This document shows positions 1-9,539 of a stretch of DNA of 64,000 nt, in pieces. This DNA is from Longimicrobiales bacterium. Its GTDB lineage: Bacteria; Gemmatimonadota; Gemmatimonadetes; Longimicrobiales; Gaopeijiaceae. The stretch covers positions 2,560,001 to 2,624,000 of the forward strand of contig CBDBCF010000001.1 in NCBI GenBank assembly GCA_965202985.1. Direction: 5' to 3'. The position numbers and the translations under genes were made by a program. A model generated the notes under the pieces. That model was not told the DNA's origin, ran no database searches, and saw nothing but the letters and a program-made list of their open reading frames with translations. Within the stretch, counting starts at the first letter, position 1. Every line of letters begins with the position of its first letter.

Positions 1-38
1 CAGGTGCCGCTTGCCGGCGAGCGGCGAAGCGCTCGTGG

Positions 39-1172
39 TTGGCGGCTCCGCTGGTCGCCGCCCTGGTGGCGACATGCACGCAAGACGTTGTGGGGCCCGA
101 CTCGGGCTTCGTCTCCGTGGACGTTGCGGACGCCGAGGAGTGGACGCTCGAAGGCAGCCCGCTATTCGTGCTGGGCGACGACGAGGCCGACCCGCTGAGC
201 GGCGTGGTCGGCGGACTGCTGATGGACTCGGAACGAATCGTCGTGGCGGACCGAGGCAACTACCGGGTACTGGTGGTGGACGCCAAGGGCCGGACGGAGA
301 GAGTCGTCGGAGGGCAGGGCGAGGGTCCGCTGGAATTCACGACGATGACCATGTTCGCGCGGTGGCCCGGCGACTCGGTGTTCGTCTACGATTCCCGGGC
401 GAACCGGTATACCGTGTTCTCCGCCGCGACGGGCGAGGGTCGCAACACCACATTGCGCGGAACGGAAGTGGTGCCGGGCAACGCCCTGCCTGCTGGCGAC
501 GGCGAGCTGTGGCTGATCGGAGGTTTGCGGATCATACCCGGAGATTTTCGCCCAGGTCGACAGCGGGTTCCGATCGAACTCTTTCGCTACGTCGACTCCG
601 ACAGCATCCCGAAGGTCGCGGAGCTGGCTGGGCCGGAGGTGGTCTTCGGATCGGGCAGTGTCGGGTTCACGATGCCGCCGGTGCCCGTAGCGGCGGGAAC
701 CTCGCTGTCCGCCAGCGACGACAGGCTGTTCGTCTCGGACGGCGAGCGTCCGGTGGTTACCGTCCTGGATCGGACAGGCGCGACCGTGGGAGAGATCGAA
801 GTAGCCGGTTTGGATGTCGAAGTGACGGACGACCTGCGGGAGATGATCACGGACTCGCTGTACGCGAACGTCGCGCAAAACGAGGCGAGAATGCGGAGCC
901 GCCTCGAGAAGGCGCCGATTCCGGCGCAGCTCGACGGATTCGGCTTGATCCGCTTGGCCGGAGACGGCACCCTGTGGGTCGCCGGCCGCGGTGCGTCCGG
1001 GCTGGAGAGGCGGACATGGGTGAACATAGCCCTCGACGGGCGGCGGCTCCGCCGGTTCGATCTGCCGCGCTCGGTCAGCGTTCTGGATGCTTCCGCCGAC
1101 CGACTCCTACTGCGCAGAACCGACGCCGTGGGCGTGGAACGGGTCGAACTGCACGCGATCTCGCGCCGCTGA
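39..1172 (+). CDS. 6-bladed beta-propeller (NHL/TolB-like) lipoprotein; true start may lie upstream of the window
   Basis: Lipobox-like LVAT-C after a hydrophobic stretch; blade motifs IVVADRGNYRVLVVD, GGQGEGPLEF, VFVYDSRANRYTVFS. The frame is open back to position 3. Confidence 0.75.
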   Translation: MAAPLVAALVATCTQDVVGPDSGFVSVDVADAEEWTLEGSPLFVLGDDEADPLSGVVGGLLMDSERIVVADRGNYRVLVVDAKGRTERVVGGQGEGPLEFTTMTMFARWPGDSVFVYDSRANRYTVFSAATGEGRNTTLRGTEVVPGNALPAGDGELWLIGGLRIIPGDFRPGRQRVPIELFRYVDSDSIPKVAELAGPEVVFGSGSVGFTMPPVPVAAGTSLSASDDRLFVSDGERPVVTVLDRTGATVGEIEVAGLDVEVTDDLREMITDSLYANVAQNEARMRSRLEKAPIPAQLDGFGLIRLAGDGTLWVAGRGASGLERRTWVNIALDGRRLRRFDLPRSVSVLDASADRLLLRRTDAVGVERVELHAISRR

Positions 1173-1197
1173 CCGCTTGCCGATAGTCGATCTCCCC

Positions 1198-2244
1198 ATG
1201 ACACCTTCGCCCACGCTCCCATCCGCCCTGCTGGCAGCGGCAATCGCCCTGTCTTGGTGGGCACCCCCCGCGTCCAGTCAGGAAGTCCAGCGGATCCAGC
1301 GCGCCGAAGGAGCGGACACTTGGTCGCTGCGACTCGAAGAAGTCCTCGCGGTCGGGTCGATGGAGGAGGGCGACGCGTTGTTCGGCCGCATCATGGACGT
1401 CGCCTGGGACGGCCGAGACCGGATTCTTGTCGCGGACGACTTGGGGCCGCACGTCAAGGTGTTCGAGTCGGACGGAACGTACGTCCGCACGATCGGGCGC
1501 GAAGGAGACGGCCCAGGGGAGTTTTCCTTGCCGTGGCAGATGGCCGTGGACGCGAGCGACTCGCTTTACGTGTGGGACGCCGCGCAGTCGCGCATCTCGG
1601 TCTTCTCGCCCGATCACGACTTCATCCGGAGCATTTTGGTCTCGCCGGCGTGGGTCGTCACCTCCATGGAGGTTCCGGCGCCCGATCGGATCGTCGTGGC
1701 CGCGTTCGCTCCCGGCGAGACGCTGCCCGTCAAGGTCCTGGACAAGGAAGGGGCCGTCCTACGCCAAGCGGGCAGAGCCATCGAACCGGCCGACTTGGCG
1801 GGACACGCCGGAAGCCTGCTCGGCGGGTCGCTGGCGCGAGTCGAAGGCGGCTACGCGTACACGAACAAGAGTCCGTGGGCCGTCACTTGGTTCGACCGCG
1901 ATCTGCGGATTGTGCGCACCTGCGTCGGCCCTTCGGAGTGGACGACCCCCCCGGGCGACGCGGTTCAGCGGACCGATCGAGGCGTGGGGCTCGCATGGAA
2001 CAGGTACGTCCACTCCGCGTCCATCGTGGGACTGCCGGGGGGCGTGGTGCTCAATACGATACTGGACCCGGCGGCCGACGTTCGCGTCCTGCACCTGGTG
2101 ACGCCGGATTGCGTGATCAAGTCGGAGATCAGGCTGGAACTTCCGGTCACGCCGACCCTGGCCAAGGGTGATCTGGTTGCGGCCGTGCGCAGCCTGGACT
2201 ACCACGAGGTGGTTCTGTACCGCGCCGCCACGGCCAGCCGCTAG
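1198..2244 (+). CDS. Secreted 6-bladed beta-propeller (NHL-like) protein
   Basis: ATG at 1198 gives a signal peptide (MTPSPTLPSALLAAAIALSWWAPPASS). Motifs ILVADDLGPHVKVF, IGREGDGPGEF, LYVWDAAQSRISVFS. Confidence 0.8.
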   Translation: MTPSPTLPSALLAAAIALSWWAPPASSQEVQRIQRAEGADTWSLRLEEVLAVGSMEEGDALFGRIMDVAWDGRDRILVADDLGPHVKVFESDGTYVRTIGREGDGPGEFSLPWQMAVDASDSLYVWDAAQSRISVFSPDHDFIRSILVSPAWVVTSMEVPAPDRIVVAAFAPGETLPVKVLDKEGAVLRQAGRAIEPADLAGHAGSLLGGSLARVEGGYAYTNKSPWAVTWFDRDLRIVRTCVGPSEWTTPPGDAVQRTDRGVGLAWNRYVHSASIVGLPGGVVLNTILDPAADVRVLHLVTPDCVIKSEIRLELPVTPTLAKGDLVAAVRSLDYHEVVLYRAATASR

Positions 2245-2292
2245 GCCGACCTCCGCCGGCGACCCCCGTCGCGCGCCCCCGCAGGGCGGACA

Positions 2293-2322
2293 TTGACGGA
2301 CGCCCCCTCGCGGTGCGATACT
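2293..2322 (+). promoter_or_regulatory. sigma70-type promoter of the infC operon
   Basis: TTGACG (2293-2298), 18-bp spacer, extended -10 TG-c-GATACT (2314-2322). Confidence 0.6.
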
Positions 2323-2380
2323 CCTTGACTGTACTTCTTCACCTTCCCCCCAACAGCGGCAGCCGCCGCGACACATCCCC

Positions 2381-2486
2381 GCAAGCAGAGGGCTGACCAC
2401 CTCTCACCCTGGTCGCCGAGCCGGCCGCCGGGTTCCGTTCAGCAGGTCCGGCGCCGGACAGCAGGCGCGCCGGGTCCGGTGGTCGC
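2381..2486 (+). ncRNA. L20-leader-like ribosomal protein leader RNA
   Basis: AAGCAGAGG...CCTCTCACC at 2383-2408 resembles the 5' hairpin of the Firmicutes L20 leader, and it lies in the infC-rpmI-rplT 5' UTR. Boundaries are approximate. Confidence 0.55.
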
Positions 2487-2487
2487 G

Positions 2488-2521
2488 AAGCCCGGCTTTC
2501 CCGTCCGGGCTTTCTTGCTTT
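2488..2521 (+). terminator. Intrinsic terminator/attenuator in the infC leader
   Basis: Stem AAGCCCGG (2488-2495) / CCGGGCTT (2505-2512), followed by TCTTGCTTT. Confidence 0.55.
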
Positions 2522-2570
2522 GCGGAGCGTTCGCGCCGGCGCACCCCAGCCGTGCAAGGAGAGAGCCAAG

Positions 2571-3089
2571 ATCGCAGAAAAACGTGTCCGGGTGAACGAA
2601 CAGATCAGGATCAGCCCCATCCGCCTCATCGCCGAGGGGGGCGGCCAGATCGGCATCGTCTCCCTGGACGACGCTCGTTCGCGGGCCTCGGAGCTGGGGC
2701 TGGACCTGGTCGAGGTCGCCCCCGATTCCCGGCCCCCCGTGGTCCGCATGATGGACTACGGCAAGTTCAAGTACAAGGCGGCTCGGGCCGCCCGGGAGGC
2801 GCGAAAGAAGCAGCACACGGTCCAGATCAAGGAGGTCAAGTTCCGGCCCGGAATCGAGGACCACGACTACGAGTTCAAGCTTCGCCACGCCCGCCGCTTC
2901 CTGGAAGAGGGGAACAAGGTCAAGCTCACGATGATGTTCCGCGGCCGGCAGGTCACGCACCCCGAACTGGGGCGGGAGGTCCTCCTGCGCGTGACCGGCG
3001 ACCTGAGCGACCACGCCAAGGTGGAGCAGTACCCCAACTTCGAGGGACGCCAGATGTCCATGATCCTGACGCCCATCAAGACCCAGTGA
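2571..3089 (+). CDS. infC: Translation initiation factor IF-3 (non-canonical ATC start)
   Basis: [14 protein letters not shown]...[29 protein letters not shown] (2556-2561) precedes the in-frame ATC at 2571. Confidence 0.95.
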   Translation: MAEKRVRVNEQIRISPIRLIAEGGGQIGIVSLDDARSRASELGLDLVEVAPDSRPPVVRMMDYGKFKYKAARAAREARKKQHTVQIKEVKFRPGIEDHDYEFKLRHARRFLEEGNKVKLTMMFRGRQVTHPELGREVLLRVTGDLSDHAKVEQYPNFEGRQMSMILTPIKTQ

Positions 3090-3111
3090 CCGCAACGCCA
3101 AGGAGGAACCG

Positions 3112-3309
3112 ATGCCCAAGATGAAGACGAACCGGGGCGCCGCGAAGCGCTTCCGCAAGACGGGTTCCGGGAAGCTGGCCCGAAGGCGGGCCTACAAGTC
3201 CCACATCCTGACCAAGAAGAACAGGAAGCGGAAGCGACGTCTGGGCTCGGGCACGCTGGCCTCCAAGGCCGACGCCCGCCGCGTCCGCCGCATGCTTCCC
3301 GGCACGTAG
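3112..3309 (+). CDS. rpmI: 50S ribosomal protein L35
   Basis: [21 protein letters not shown]...SHILTKK; SD AAGGAGG. Confidence 0.98.
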   Translation: MPKMKTNRGAAKRFRKTGSGKLARRRAYKSHILTKKNRKRKRRLGSGTLASKADARRVRRMLPGT

Positions 3310-3344
3310 ACTTCCCCCTGGAACGCTAGGAAGGAGATGAGTTC

Positions 3345-3734
3345 ATGCCGCGCTCCACACGCGCGCCCGCTCGCAACAAGCGCAAGAAGAAGATACTCCG
3401 CGCCGCCAAGGGGTACTTCGGCGGCCGCAAGAACCTGTACCGCACCGCCAAGGACGCCGTCGAAAAGGGCTGGGAGCACGCCTATCGGGACCGCAAGAAG
3501 AAGAAGCGAAACTTCCGGCGGCTCTGGATTACCCGAATCAACGCCGCCGCCCGGCAGCACGAGCTGTCCTACTCCCGCTTCATGAACGGGCTTCGCGTGG
3601 CCGGCGTGGAGCTGGACCGCAAGGCTCTGGCGGACTTGGCCGTGCGCAGTCCCGACGCCTTCGCGTCGCTGGCCGAGCAGGCCAAGGCGGCGCTGCGGAA
3701 CGGGGCCGCGTCCCGGGAGTCCAACGGCTCGTAG
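3345..3734 (+). CDS. rplT: 50S ribosomal protein L20
   Basis: [43 protein letters not shown]. Confidence 0.98.
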   Translation: MPRSTRAPARNKRKKKILRAAKGYFGGRKNLYRTAKDAVEKGWEHAYRDRKKKKRNFRRLWITRINAAARQHELSYSRFMNGLRVAGVELDRKALADLAVRSPDAFASLAEQAKAALRNGAASRESNGS

Positions 3735-3764
3735 CGCGCCCACAGGGCCCATGACGGGCGCGAC

Positions 3765-4772
3765 ATGCCCATGACGGGCGAATCCGTCCTCGAAGCGCTG
3801 CGCGCGCTGGAGGCGGAGGCCCTGGCCGCCGTGGCGGAGGCCGCCGACCCCCAAGCCGCGGAGCATGTCCGCATCGCGTACTTGGGCCGCAAGGACGGGC
3901 GCATCTCGGCGCTCCTGCGGGGCCTGGGCAAGCTGGACCCCAAGGAGCGCCCCGCGGCCGGCGCCGAAGCCAACCGGGTCAAGGCCGCCGTCGGCCAGGC
4001 CCTGGAGGGTCGGCTGGAGGAGCTGGCGCGCCGGGAAGATGCCGCTTCCCGCCCGCTCGTGGACCTGACGCTGCCGGCCCGGAGCCGATGGCGCGGCGCG
4101 GTCCATCCGGTCAGCCAAGTGGTCGCGGACATCTGGGCGATCTTCCGGGACCTGGGCTTCACCCGCGCCCGCGGCCCCGAGGTGGACGACGAGTGGCACA
4201 ACTTCGTCGCCCTCAACACGCCCCTGGACCACCCCGCCGCCGACGAGCAGGACACGCTGTACTTGGCGCCCGGCTTGCTGCTCCGCAGCCACACGTCGCC
4301 CGTGCAGGTGCGCACCATGAAGGCGCACCGGCCCCCGATCCGCATCGTCGCGCCGGGCATGGTCTACCGTCGGGACACCTACGACGCCACGCACACGCCC
4401 GCCTTCGCACAGATCGAGGGGCTGGTCGTGGACGAAGGCGTCACCTTCATGGACTTCAAGGCCACGCTGGCCGAGTTCGCCCGGCGCTTCTGGGGGCCGG
4501 GAACCCAAGTGCGCTTCCGCCCGTCGTTCTTTCCGTTCACGGAGCCGTCGGCGGAGGTGGACGTGAAGCGCCCCGGCGCCGACTGGCTCGAGATCATGGG
4601 CGCGGGCATGGTGGACCCCGCCGTGCTGGAGAACGTGGGCTGCGACCCCGAGCGCTACACCGGCTGGGCGTTCGGCATGGGACCGGCGCGGATCGCCATG
4701 CTGCGCTACGGCGTCAAGGACCTGCGCCTCTTCTACGAGAACGACATGCGCTTCCTGGAGCAGTTTGCTTGA
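3765..4772 (+). CDS. pheS: Phenylalanine--tRNA ligase alpha subunit (start 3765 or 3771)
   Basis: LLRSHTSPVQVR, DATHTPAFAQIEGL, RFRPSFFPFTEPSAEVD, GWAFGMG, ENDMRFLEQF. Confidence 0.97.
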   Translation: MPMTGESVLEALRALEAEALAAVAEAADPQAAEHVRIAYLGRKDGRISALLRGLGKLDPKERPAAGAEANRVKAAVGQALEGRLEELARREDAASRPLVDLTLPARSRWRGAVHPVSQVVADIWAIFRDLGFTRARGPEVDDEWHNFVALNTPLDHPAADEQDTLYLAPGLLLRSHTSPVQVRTMKAHRPPIRIVAPGMVYRRDTYDATHTPAFAQIEGLVVDEGVTFMDFKATLAEFARRFWGPGTQVRFRPSFFPFTEPSAEVDVKRPGADWLEIMGAGMVDPAVLENVGCDPERYTGWAFGMGPARIAMLRYGVKDLRLFYENDMRFLEQFA

Positions 4773-4812
4773 GGCGGCGCGCGACAGGCGCCGGTTGCGC
4801 AGGGGCCGTCCC

Positions 4813-7293
4813 GTGAAGGTCTCCTGGCGCTGGTTGCAGGAGGTGGCGCCCGGGCTCGCCCCGACTCCGGAAGCGGCGGCGGAGCGGTTGGCGCTGCGCG
4901 GGGCGCCGGTCGAATCGCTGGACGACTTGGCGCAGGGCCTCGGGGACGTGGTGGTGGGGCGCGTTCTGGAGGTAGGGCCCCATCCCGACGCCGACCGCCT
5001 GTCGTTGTGCACGGTGGCCGGGCCGGCGGGCGAAGTCCCCGTGGTGTGCGGCGCGCCCGACGTGCGGGCCGGGGCGTGCTATCCCTTCGCGCCGGTGGGG
5101 GCCGTGCTGCCGGGCGGCTTCAAGATCGGGCGGCGCAAGATACGCGGCCGCACCAGCGCAGGGATGCTGTGCTCGGAGCGAGAGCTGGGCCTGGGTCCCG
5201 ACCACGAGGGGATCATGCTGCTGGAGGGGGACCACGAGCCGGGTGCGCCGTTCGCCGCCGCCGTGGGGCTGGACGACGCGCGCCTGGACGTGGAGGTCAC
5301 GCCCAACCGGGGCGACCTGCTGTGCCATGTGGGCGTTGCTCGGGAGCTGCATCCGAAGGGGTGCGCCGGGATCGTGCTGCCCTCGTTTCCGGGCCGGTCG
5401 GCGGGTGAGACCGCGTCGCAGGTGGCGGGAACGCCGTTCGCGCGGGGCGGGGCCGAGATCGCATCCGAGGCGGTCCGCGTCCGCATCGAAGAGCCCGAGT
5501 TGTGCTCGCGCTACTTGGCGGCGGCGATCCGGGGTGTCGTCGTGGGGCCGTCGCCTCCGTGGCTGGCGAACCGCCTCCGGGCGGCGGGCGCGCGTCCCGT
5601 CAACAACGTCGTGGACGCCACGAACTACGTCATGCTCGAGCTGGGACAGCCGCTGCACGCTTTCGACTTGGCCAAGCTGGCCGACGCGACCGTTGTGGTC
5701 GGTAGCGCCCGCCCCGGCGAGACGCTGGTGACGCTGGACGGCGAGCGCCGGCCGCTCGCGCCGGAGATGCTGACGATCCGAGACGCCGAGCAGCCCGTGG
5801 CCGTGGCGGGCGTCATGGGCGGCGCCAACTCGGAGGTGTCCGCCGACACGACCGACGTGTTGCTGGAGTGCGCGCTCTTCGAACCGCGACAGGTGCGGGC
5901 CGCGCGCCGGGCCTTGGGGATGTCCACCGAAGCTAGCTACCGCTTCGAGCGCGGCGTGGACCCCGAGACGATGGAGACGGCGGTGCTGCGGGCGGCGTCG
6001 CTGGTGCTGGCGGTGGCGGGAGGCGCCGTGGACGGCCCGGTGGTCGATGCGTGTCCGGCGCCGTGGACGCCCCCCGTCGTGACCGTGCGGCCTTCGCGGG
6101 TGGCGCGCGTGCTGGGCGTGTCGTTCTCGCCGGACGAGATCGCGGGGCTGCTGGAGCCGCTGGGGTATGCGGCGGCGGACCAGGACTGGACGGCAGGGGA
6201 GCCCGCGACGGCGGTCGAAGGCGCGGAGGCTGCGCTGGCGTTTCGCGTTCCCGGCCATCGCAGCTGCGACACGCTGCGGGAAGTGGACCTGATCGAGGAG
6301 GTGGCTCGCGTCCACGGCTACGACGCCTTCCCCGACGCGCTGGGATCCTATCGCCCCGGCTCGGTGCCCGACCACCCCTTGTTCCGCCTGGAGGACGACC
6401 TGCGGGCCGACCTGACGGCGGCCGGAATCAGCGAAGCCCAGACGCCGGCCCTGGGACCCGAGAGCGACGGCGACGTGCCCGTGCTGAACCCCGTCTCCGC
6501 GCAGGAAGGTTGGCTCCGGCGGGACCGCCTGTCCGGCCTGCTGCCCCATGTCGAGCGCAACATGTCCAGGGGCGTGGGCGACGTGCGGCTCTTCGAGTTC
6601 GGAACCGCGTTCGCGCCGGCGCCCGAGTCCGCGCCGCCGGTGGAGACTCCCCGCGTGGCCGTCGTGCTCACTGGACTTCGGGCGCCGACTCACTGGTCCG
6701 GGGCCGGCGAGACCTTCGACGTCTTCGACGCGGCGTGGGTCCTCGAGCGCATCGTCGCGCGGGCGCACCCCGGTGCTCGCGTGACGCCGGCCGACGCCGG
6801 AGACGATGCGGAGGCGGACCATCCCCACTTCGCGCCGGGCCGCTGGCATCGGGTGACCGACGACGAAGGCCGGGTCGTTGGCGCCGGCGGGGAAGTGCGC
6901 CGCGAGAGGTTGGACCTGCCGCCGTGGGCGGGCGTGGTCGTCGGCGCGGAAGTGGTCCTGCCCGAACTGCCCGATCCTCCCAGTCCGGCGGCGGCGGTGG
7001 AGCTGCCCGACCAGCCTTCCTCCAGCCGCGACGTGGCCATGCTGTTGCCGCAGGGTGTAGCGGCGGGCAAGGTGCTGGATGCCTTCCGGGCGGGCGGCGT
7101 CGCGGTCCTGGAAGACGTGGCGATCTTTGATCTGTACGAGGGGGCGGGCCTGCCCTCCGGGGCGCGTTCGGTCGGGTTCCGCTTGCGCTTTCGGGCTCGG
7201 GACCGAACCCTGACGGAGGCGGAAGTGGAACGTTCGTTCGGGCGATTGCTTCGCAAGGTGAAGGAGAAGACCGGTGTCGAACCGAGGGGCTGA
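4813..7293 (+). CDS. pheT: Phenylalanine--tRNA ligase beta subunit
   Basis: GTG start gives MKVSWRWL. HPDADRL, VVCGAP, SAGMLCSERELG, TPNRGDLL, NNVVDATNYVMLELGQPLHAFD, EASYRFERGVD, C-terminal FDX-ACB-type domain. Confidence 0.96.
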   Translation: MKVSWRWLQEVAPGLAPTPEAAAERLALRGAPVESLDDLAQGLGDVVVGRVLEVGPHPDADRLSLCTVAGPAGEVPVVCGAPDVRAGACYPFAPVGAVLPGGFKIGRRKIRGRTSAGMLCSERELGLGPDHEGIMLLEGDHEPGAPFAAAVGLDDARLDVEVTPNRGDLLCHVGVARELHPKGCAGIVLPSFPGRSAGETASQVAGTPFARGGAEIASEAVRVRIEEPELCSRYLAAAIRGVVVGPSPPWLANRLRAAGARPVNNVVDATNYVMLELGQPLHAFDLAKLADATVVVGSARPGETLVTLDGERRPLAPEMLTIRDAEQPVAVAGVMGGANSEVSADTTDVLLECALFEPRQVRAARRALGMSTEASYRFERGVDPETMETAVLRAASLVLAVAGGAVDGPVVDACPAPWTPPVVTVRPSRVARVLGVSFSPDEIAGLLEPLGYAAADQDWTAGEPATAVEGAEAALAFRVPGHRSCDTLREVDLIEEVARVHGYDAFPDALGSYRPGSVPDHPLFRLEDDLRADLTAAGISEAQTPALGPESDGDVPVLNPVSAQEGWLRRDRLSGLLPHVERNMSRGVGDVRLFEFGTAFAPAPESAPPVETPRVAVVLTGLRAPTHWSGAGETFDVFDAAWVLERIVARAHPGARVTPADAGDDAEADHPHFAPGRWHRVTDDEGRVVGAGGEVRRERLDLPPWAGVVVGAEVVLPELPDPPSPAAAVELPDQPSSSRDVAMLLPQGVAAGKVLDAFRAGGVAVLEDVAIFDLYEGAGLPSGARSVGFRLRFRARDRTLTEAEVERSFGRLLRKVKEKTGVEPRG

Positions 7294-7588
7294 CGACCCG
7301 GCCCCCGCCAGCGGGCCGGAGATGGAGACGCTGGAGGCGGCCGTGGACCGGGCTGTCGCCGAGCTGCGGACCGCGCGCAAGCGGGCCAGCGAGGCGGAGG
7401 AACGCGCCGACCGCGGCGACGAGCTGCTCCGCGAGTTCGTGGACGGCAAGCAGGACCCGGCCGCGCTGTCGCGGAAGGTGGCCGAGCTTGAAGCCGAGAA
7501 CGAGGCGTTGCGGTCCCGCATCCGTCAGGGGCGGCAAGGGGTCGACCAGATTCTGGCGCGCATCCGCTTCTTGGAGGACCGACGATGA
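7274..7588 (+). CDS. ZapB-like coiled-coil cell division protein
   Basis: 104-aa heptad-rich helix, SD AAGGAG at 7261, located between pheT and zapA. Confidence 0.65.
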   Translation: MSNRGADDPAPASGPEMETLEAAVDRAVAELRTARKRASEAEERADRGDELLREFVDGKQDPAALSRKVAELEAENEALRSRIRQGRQGVDQILARIRFLEDRR

Positions 7589-8172
7589 CCGCTTCGGACG
7601 GCGACGCCCGCAATACCGTGCGCGTGACGATCGCCGGCGAGGACTACACGATCCGTACCGAAGCCGACGAGGACTACACGCGGCGATGCGCAACCCTGGT
7701 CGATCAGCGGATGAAGGCGATCGCCGGCGAAGGCACCGCCGGGGCCGCCCAGACGCGGGCCGCGATCATGGCCGCCCTGTCTATCGCCGACGACCTGTTC
7801 CAGCAAAAGGCCCGCACTCGCCAGCGGGCGCAGGAGCTGGCCAAGCGCGTGGAGGAGGCGTTGCAAGAGGACGGTGCGACGGGAGGCTCGGGGGGAGCGA
7901 ACGACTCGAAGGGAGGCCTGGGAGCGAAGGGCGACGCGACGGGAGCTCCGAGCGTGCGGGGCGACTCGCCAGGAGCCCACGGCGCAAGGGACGACATGGC
8001 GACTGCCCCGTCGGCCGCCGAGTCGAACGACTTTGTCGCAGGCGACCTTTCCCCGTCGAACGCCGCCGAGTCCGGCTTTGCCGCAGGCGACTTTGTCCCC
8101 GCGGACGCTGCCGAGTCGGACGACTTCGCCCAAAGCGACTTCGTCCCGCCGGACGCCCCGCCCGAGGACTGA
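7585..8172 (+). CDS. zapA: Cell division protein ZapA with ~100-aa repetitive acidic C-terminal extension
   Basis: VRVTIAGEDYTIR...VDQRMKAI...AAIMAALSIADDLF matches the ZapA core; ATGA overlap with the upstream gene. Confidence 0.85.
   Translation: MTASDGDARNTVRVTIAGEDYTIRTEADEDYTRRCATLVDQRMKAIAGEGTAGAAQTRAAIMAALSIADDLFQQKARTRQRAQELAKRVEEALQEDGATGGSGGANDSKGGLGAKGDATGAPSVRGDSPGAHGARDDMATAPSAAESNDFVAGDLSPSNAAESGFAAGDFVPADAAESDDFAQSDFVPPDAPPED
7876..8155 (+). repeat. Two degenerate coding tandem repeats in the zapA tail (~30-bp x4 and ~45-48-bp x3)
   Basis: DSKGGLGAKG/DATGAPSVRG/DSPGAHGARD, then AAESNDFVAGDLSP/AAESGFAAGDFVP/AAESDDFAQSDFVP. Confidence 0.7.
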
Positions 8173-8181
8173 CTCCCCACC

Positions 8182-9450
8182 ATGCCGCCCGCCAAGGACG
8201 CATCCCGCTTCAGTCGCCGTCGCTGGCTAGCATCGGCCTCCGGAGCGACGGCTGCCGCCTGGGCCATGACCCGCGCCGACGCCTTCGCCGCGGCCCCGTT
8301 CCGGCAGCAGCCCTTGTCCCCCGACCCGACCAAGGTCCCCGGGCGCTTCGTCTCCGAGGTGGGCCGTCGGGCGCCGGGCGAACAGCCGCGTCGCCTGATC
8401 CGCGCCCAGGCGCTGTCGAGCTCGTCGCGGACGCCCCTTCACGAGTTGCAGGGCACGATCACTCCCGCGGACCTGCACTTCGAGCGCCATCACGCCGGGG
8501 TCCCCGAGATCGCGTCCCAGGACCACGAACTGCTCGTCCACGGGATGGTCGAGCGTCCAATGGTCTTTCGCATGGCGGACCTGAAGCGGTACCCGCAGGC
8601 GTCGCGCATCTGCTTCGTCGAGTGCTCGGGCAACGGCGGCGGAGCCTACAGCCGCGACCGGATGCCCACCGAGATCACCGCCCAGCAGCTGGACGGGCTG
8701 ATCAGCACCAGCGAGTGGACCGGCGTCATGCTCTCCACGATCCTTCGCGAGGTGGGCGTTCGTCCGGGCGCGAGCTGGCTCTTGGCCGAGGGCGGAGACG
8801 CCGCCGTGATGGGCCGCAGCGTCCCGCTGGAGAAGGCGAACGACGACGCAATGCTCGCCTACGGCCAGAACGGCGAGGCGATCCGCCCCGAGCAGGGCTA
8901 CCCCGTGCGGCTCCTGCTGCCCGGCTGGGAGGGCAACGCCCAGGTGAAGTGGCTGCGGCGCATCGAGGTCACCGACCGCCCGACGATGACCCGCGACGAG
9001 ACCTCGCGCTACACCGACCCCCTGAAGGACGGGACCGCCCGCCAGTTCAGCTTCGTGATGGACGCCAAGTCGGTGATCACCTTCCCGTCGTACCCCTACG
9101 TCCTGCCGGAGCGGGGCTGGTGGGAGCTCTCGGGACTGGCCTGGACCGGACGGGGCCGCGTGACACGGGTCGACGTGAGCACCGACGGCGGGCGTTCCTG
9201 GACTCCCGCGCAGATGCAGGGGCCGGTGCTGCCCAAGTCCACCGTCCGCTTCCGCCACCTCTGGCGCTGGGACGGCCGCGAGACCGTGATCATGAGCCGC
9301 GCCACCGACGAGACCGGCTACGTGCAGCCCACCGTCCAGCAGCTCTGGCAGGCCCGGGGCGAAGGAACCACGTACCACCACAACCACCAGCGCGCCTGGA
9401 AGATCGCCGCCGACGGAGCCGTCACCTTCGGCCTGGGGGAGTTGGTGTGA
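8182..9450 (+). CDS. soxC: SoxC-like molybdopterin sulfite/sulfane dehydrogenase, Tat-exported
   Basis: Tat motif SRRRWL; ITPADLHFERHHAG; Mo-ligand context VECSGNG; EWTGV; YGQNGEAIRPEQGYPVRL; SRATDETGYVQP. Confidence 0.88.
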   Translation: MPPAKDASRFSRRRWLASASGATAAAWAMTRADAFAAAPFRQQPLSPDPTKVPGRFVSEVGRRAPGEQPRRLIRAQALSSSSRTPLHELQGTITPADLHFERHHAGVPEIASQDHELLVHGMVERPMVFRMADLKRYPQASRICFVECSGNGGGAYSRDRMPTEITAQQLDGLISTSEWTGVMLSTILREVGVRPGASWLLAEGGDAAVMGRSVPLEKANDDAMLAYGQNGEAIRPEQGYPVRLLLPGWEGNAQVKWLRRIEVTDRPTMTRDETSRYTDPLKDGTARQFSFVMDAKSVITFPSYPYVLPERGWWELSGLAWTGRGRVTRVDVSTDGGRSWTPAQMQGPVLPKSTVRFRHLWRWDGRETVIMSRATDETGYVQPTVQQLWQARGEGTTYHHNHQRAWKIAADGAVTFGLGELV

Positions 9451-9539
9451 GGGGCGGCGCGCCGTCGCGCCGGCGGAGCCTGTCGCCCTGTTCCCGCCCT
9501 GTCGCCGCGGCCGCTTCCGAAAGCGCTCGAACGGCCTCC

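Noticed and set aside
7488..9446. 888-aa ORF fused to the cytochrome c domain
   Set aside because: The upstream part is an alternative-frame shadow over zapA and soxC; only the cytochrome portion has coding features.
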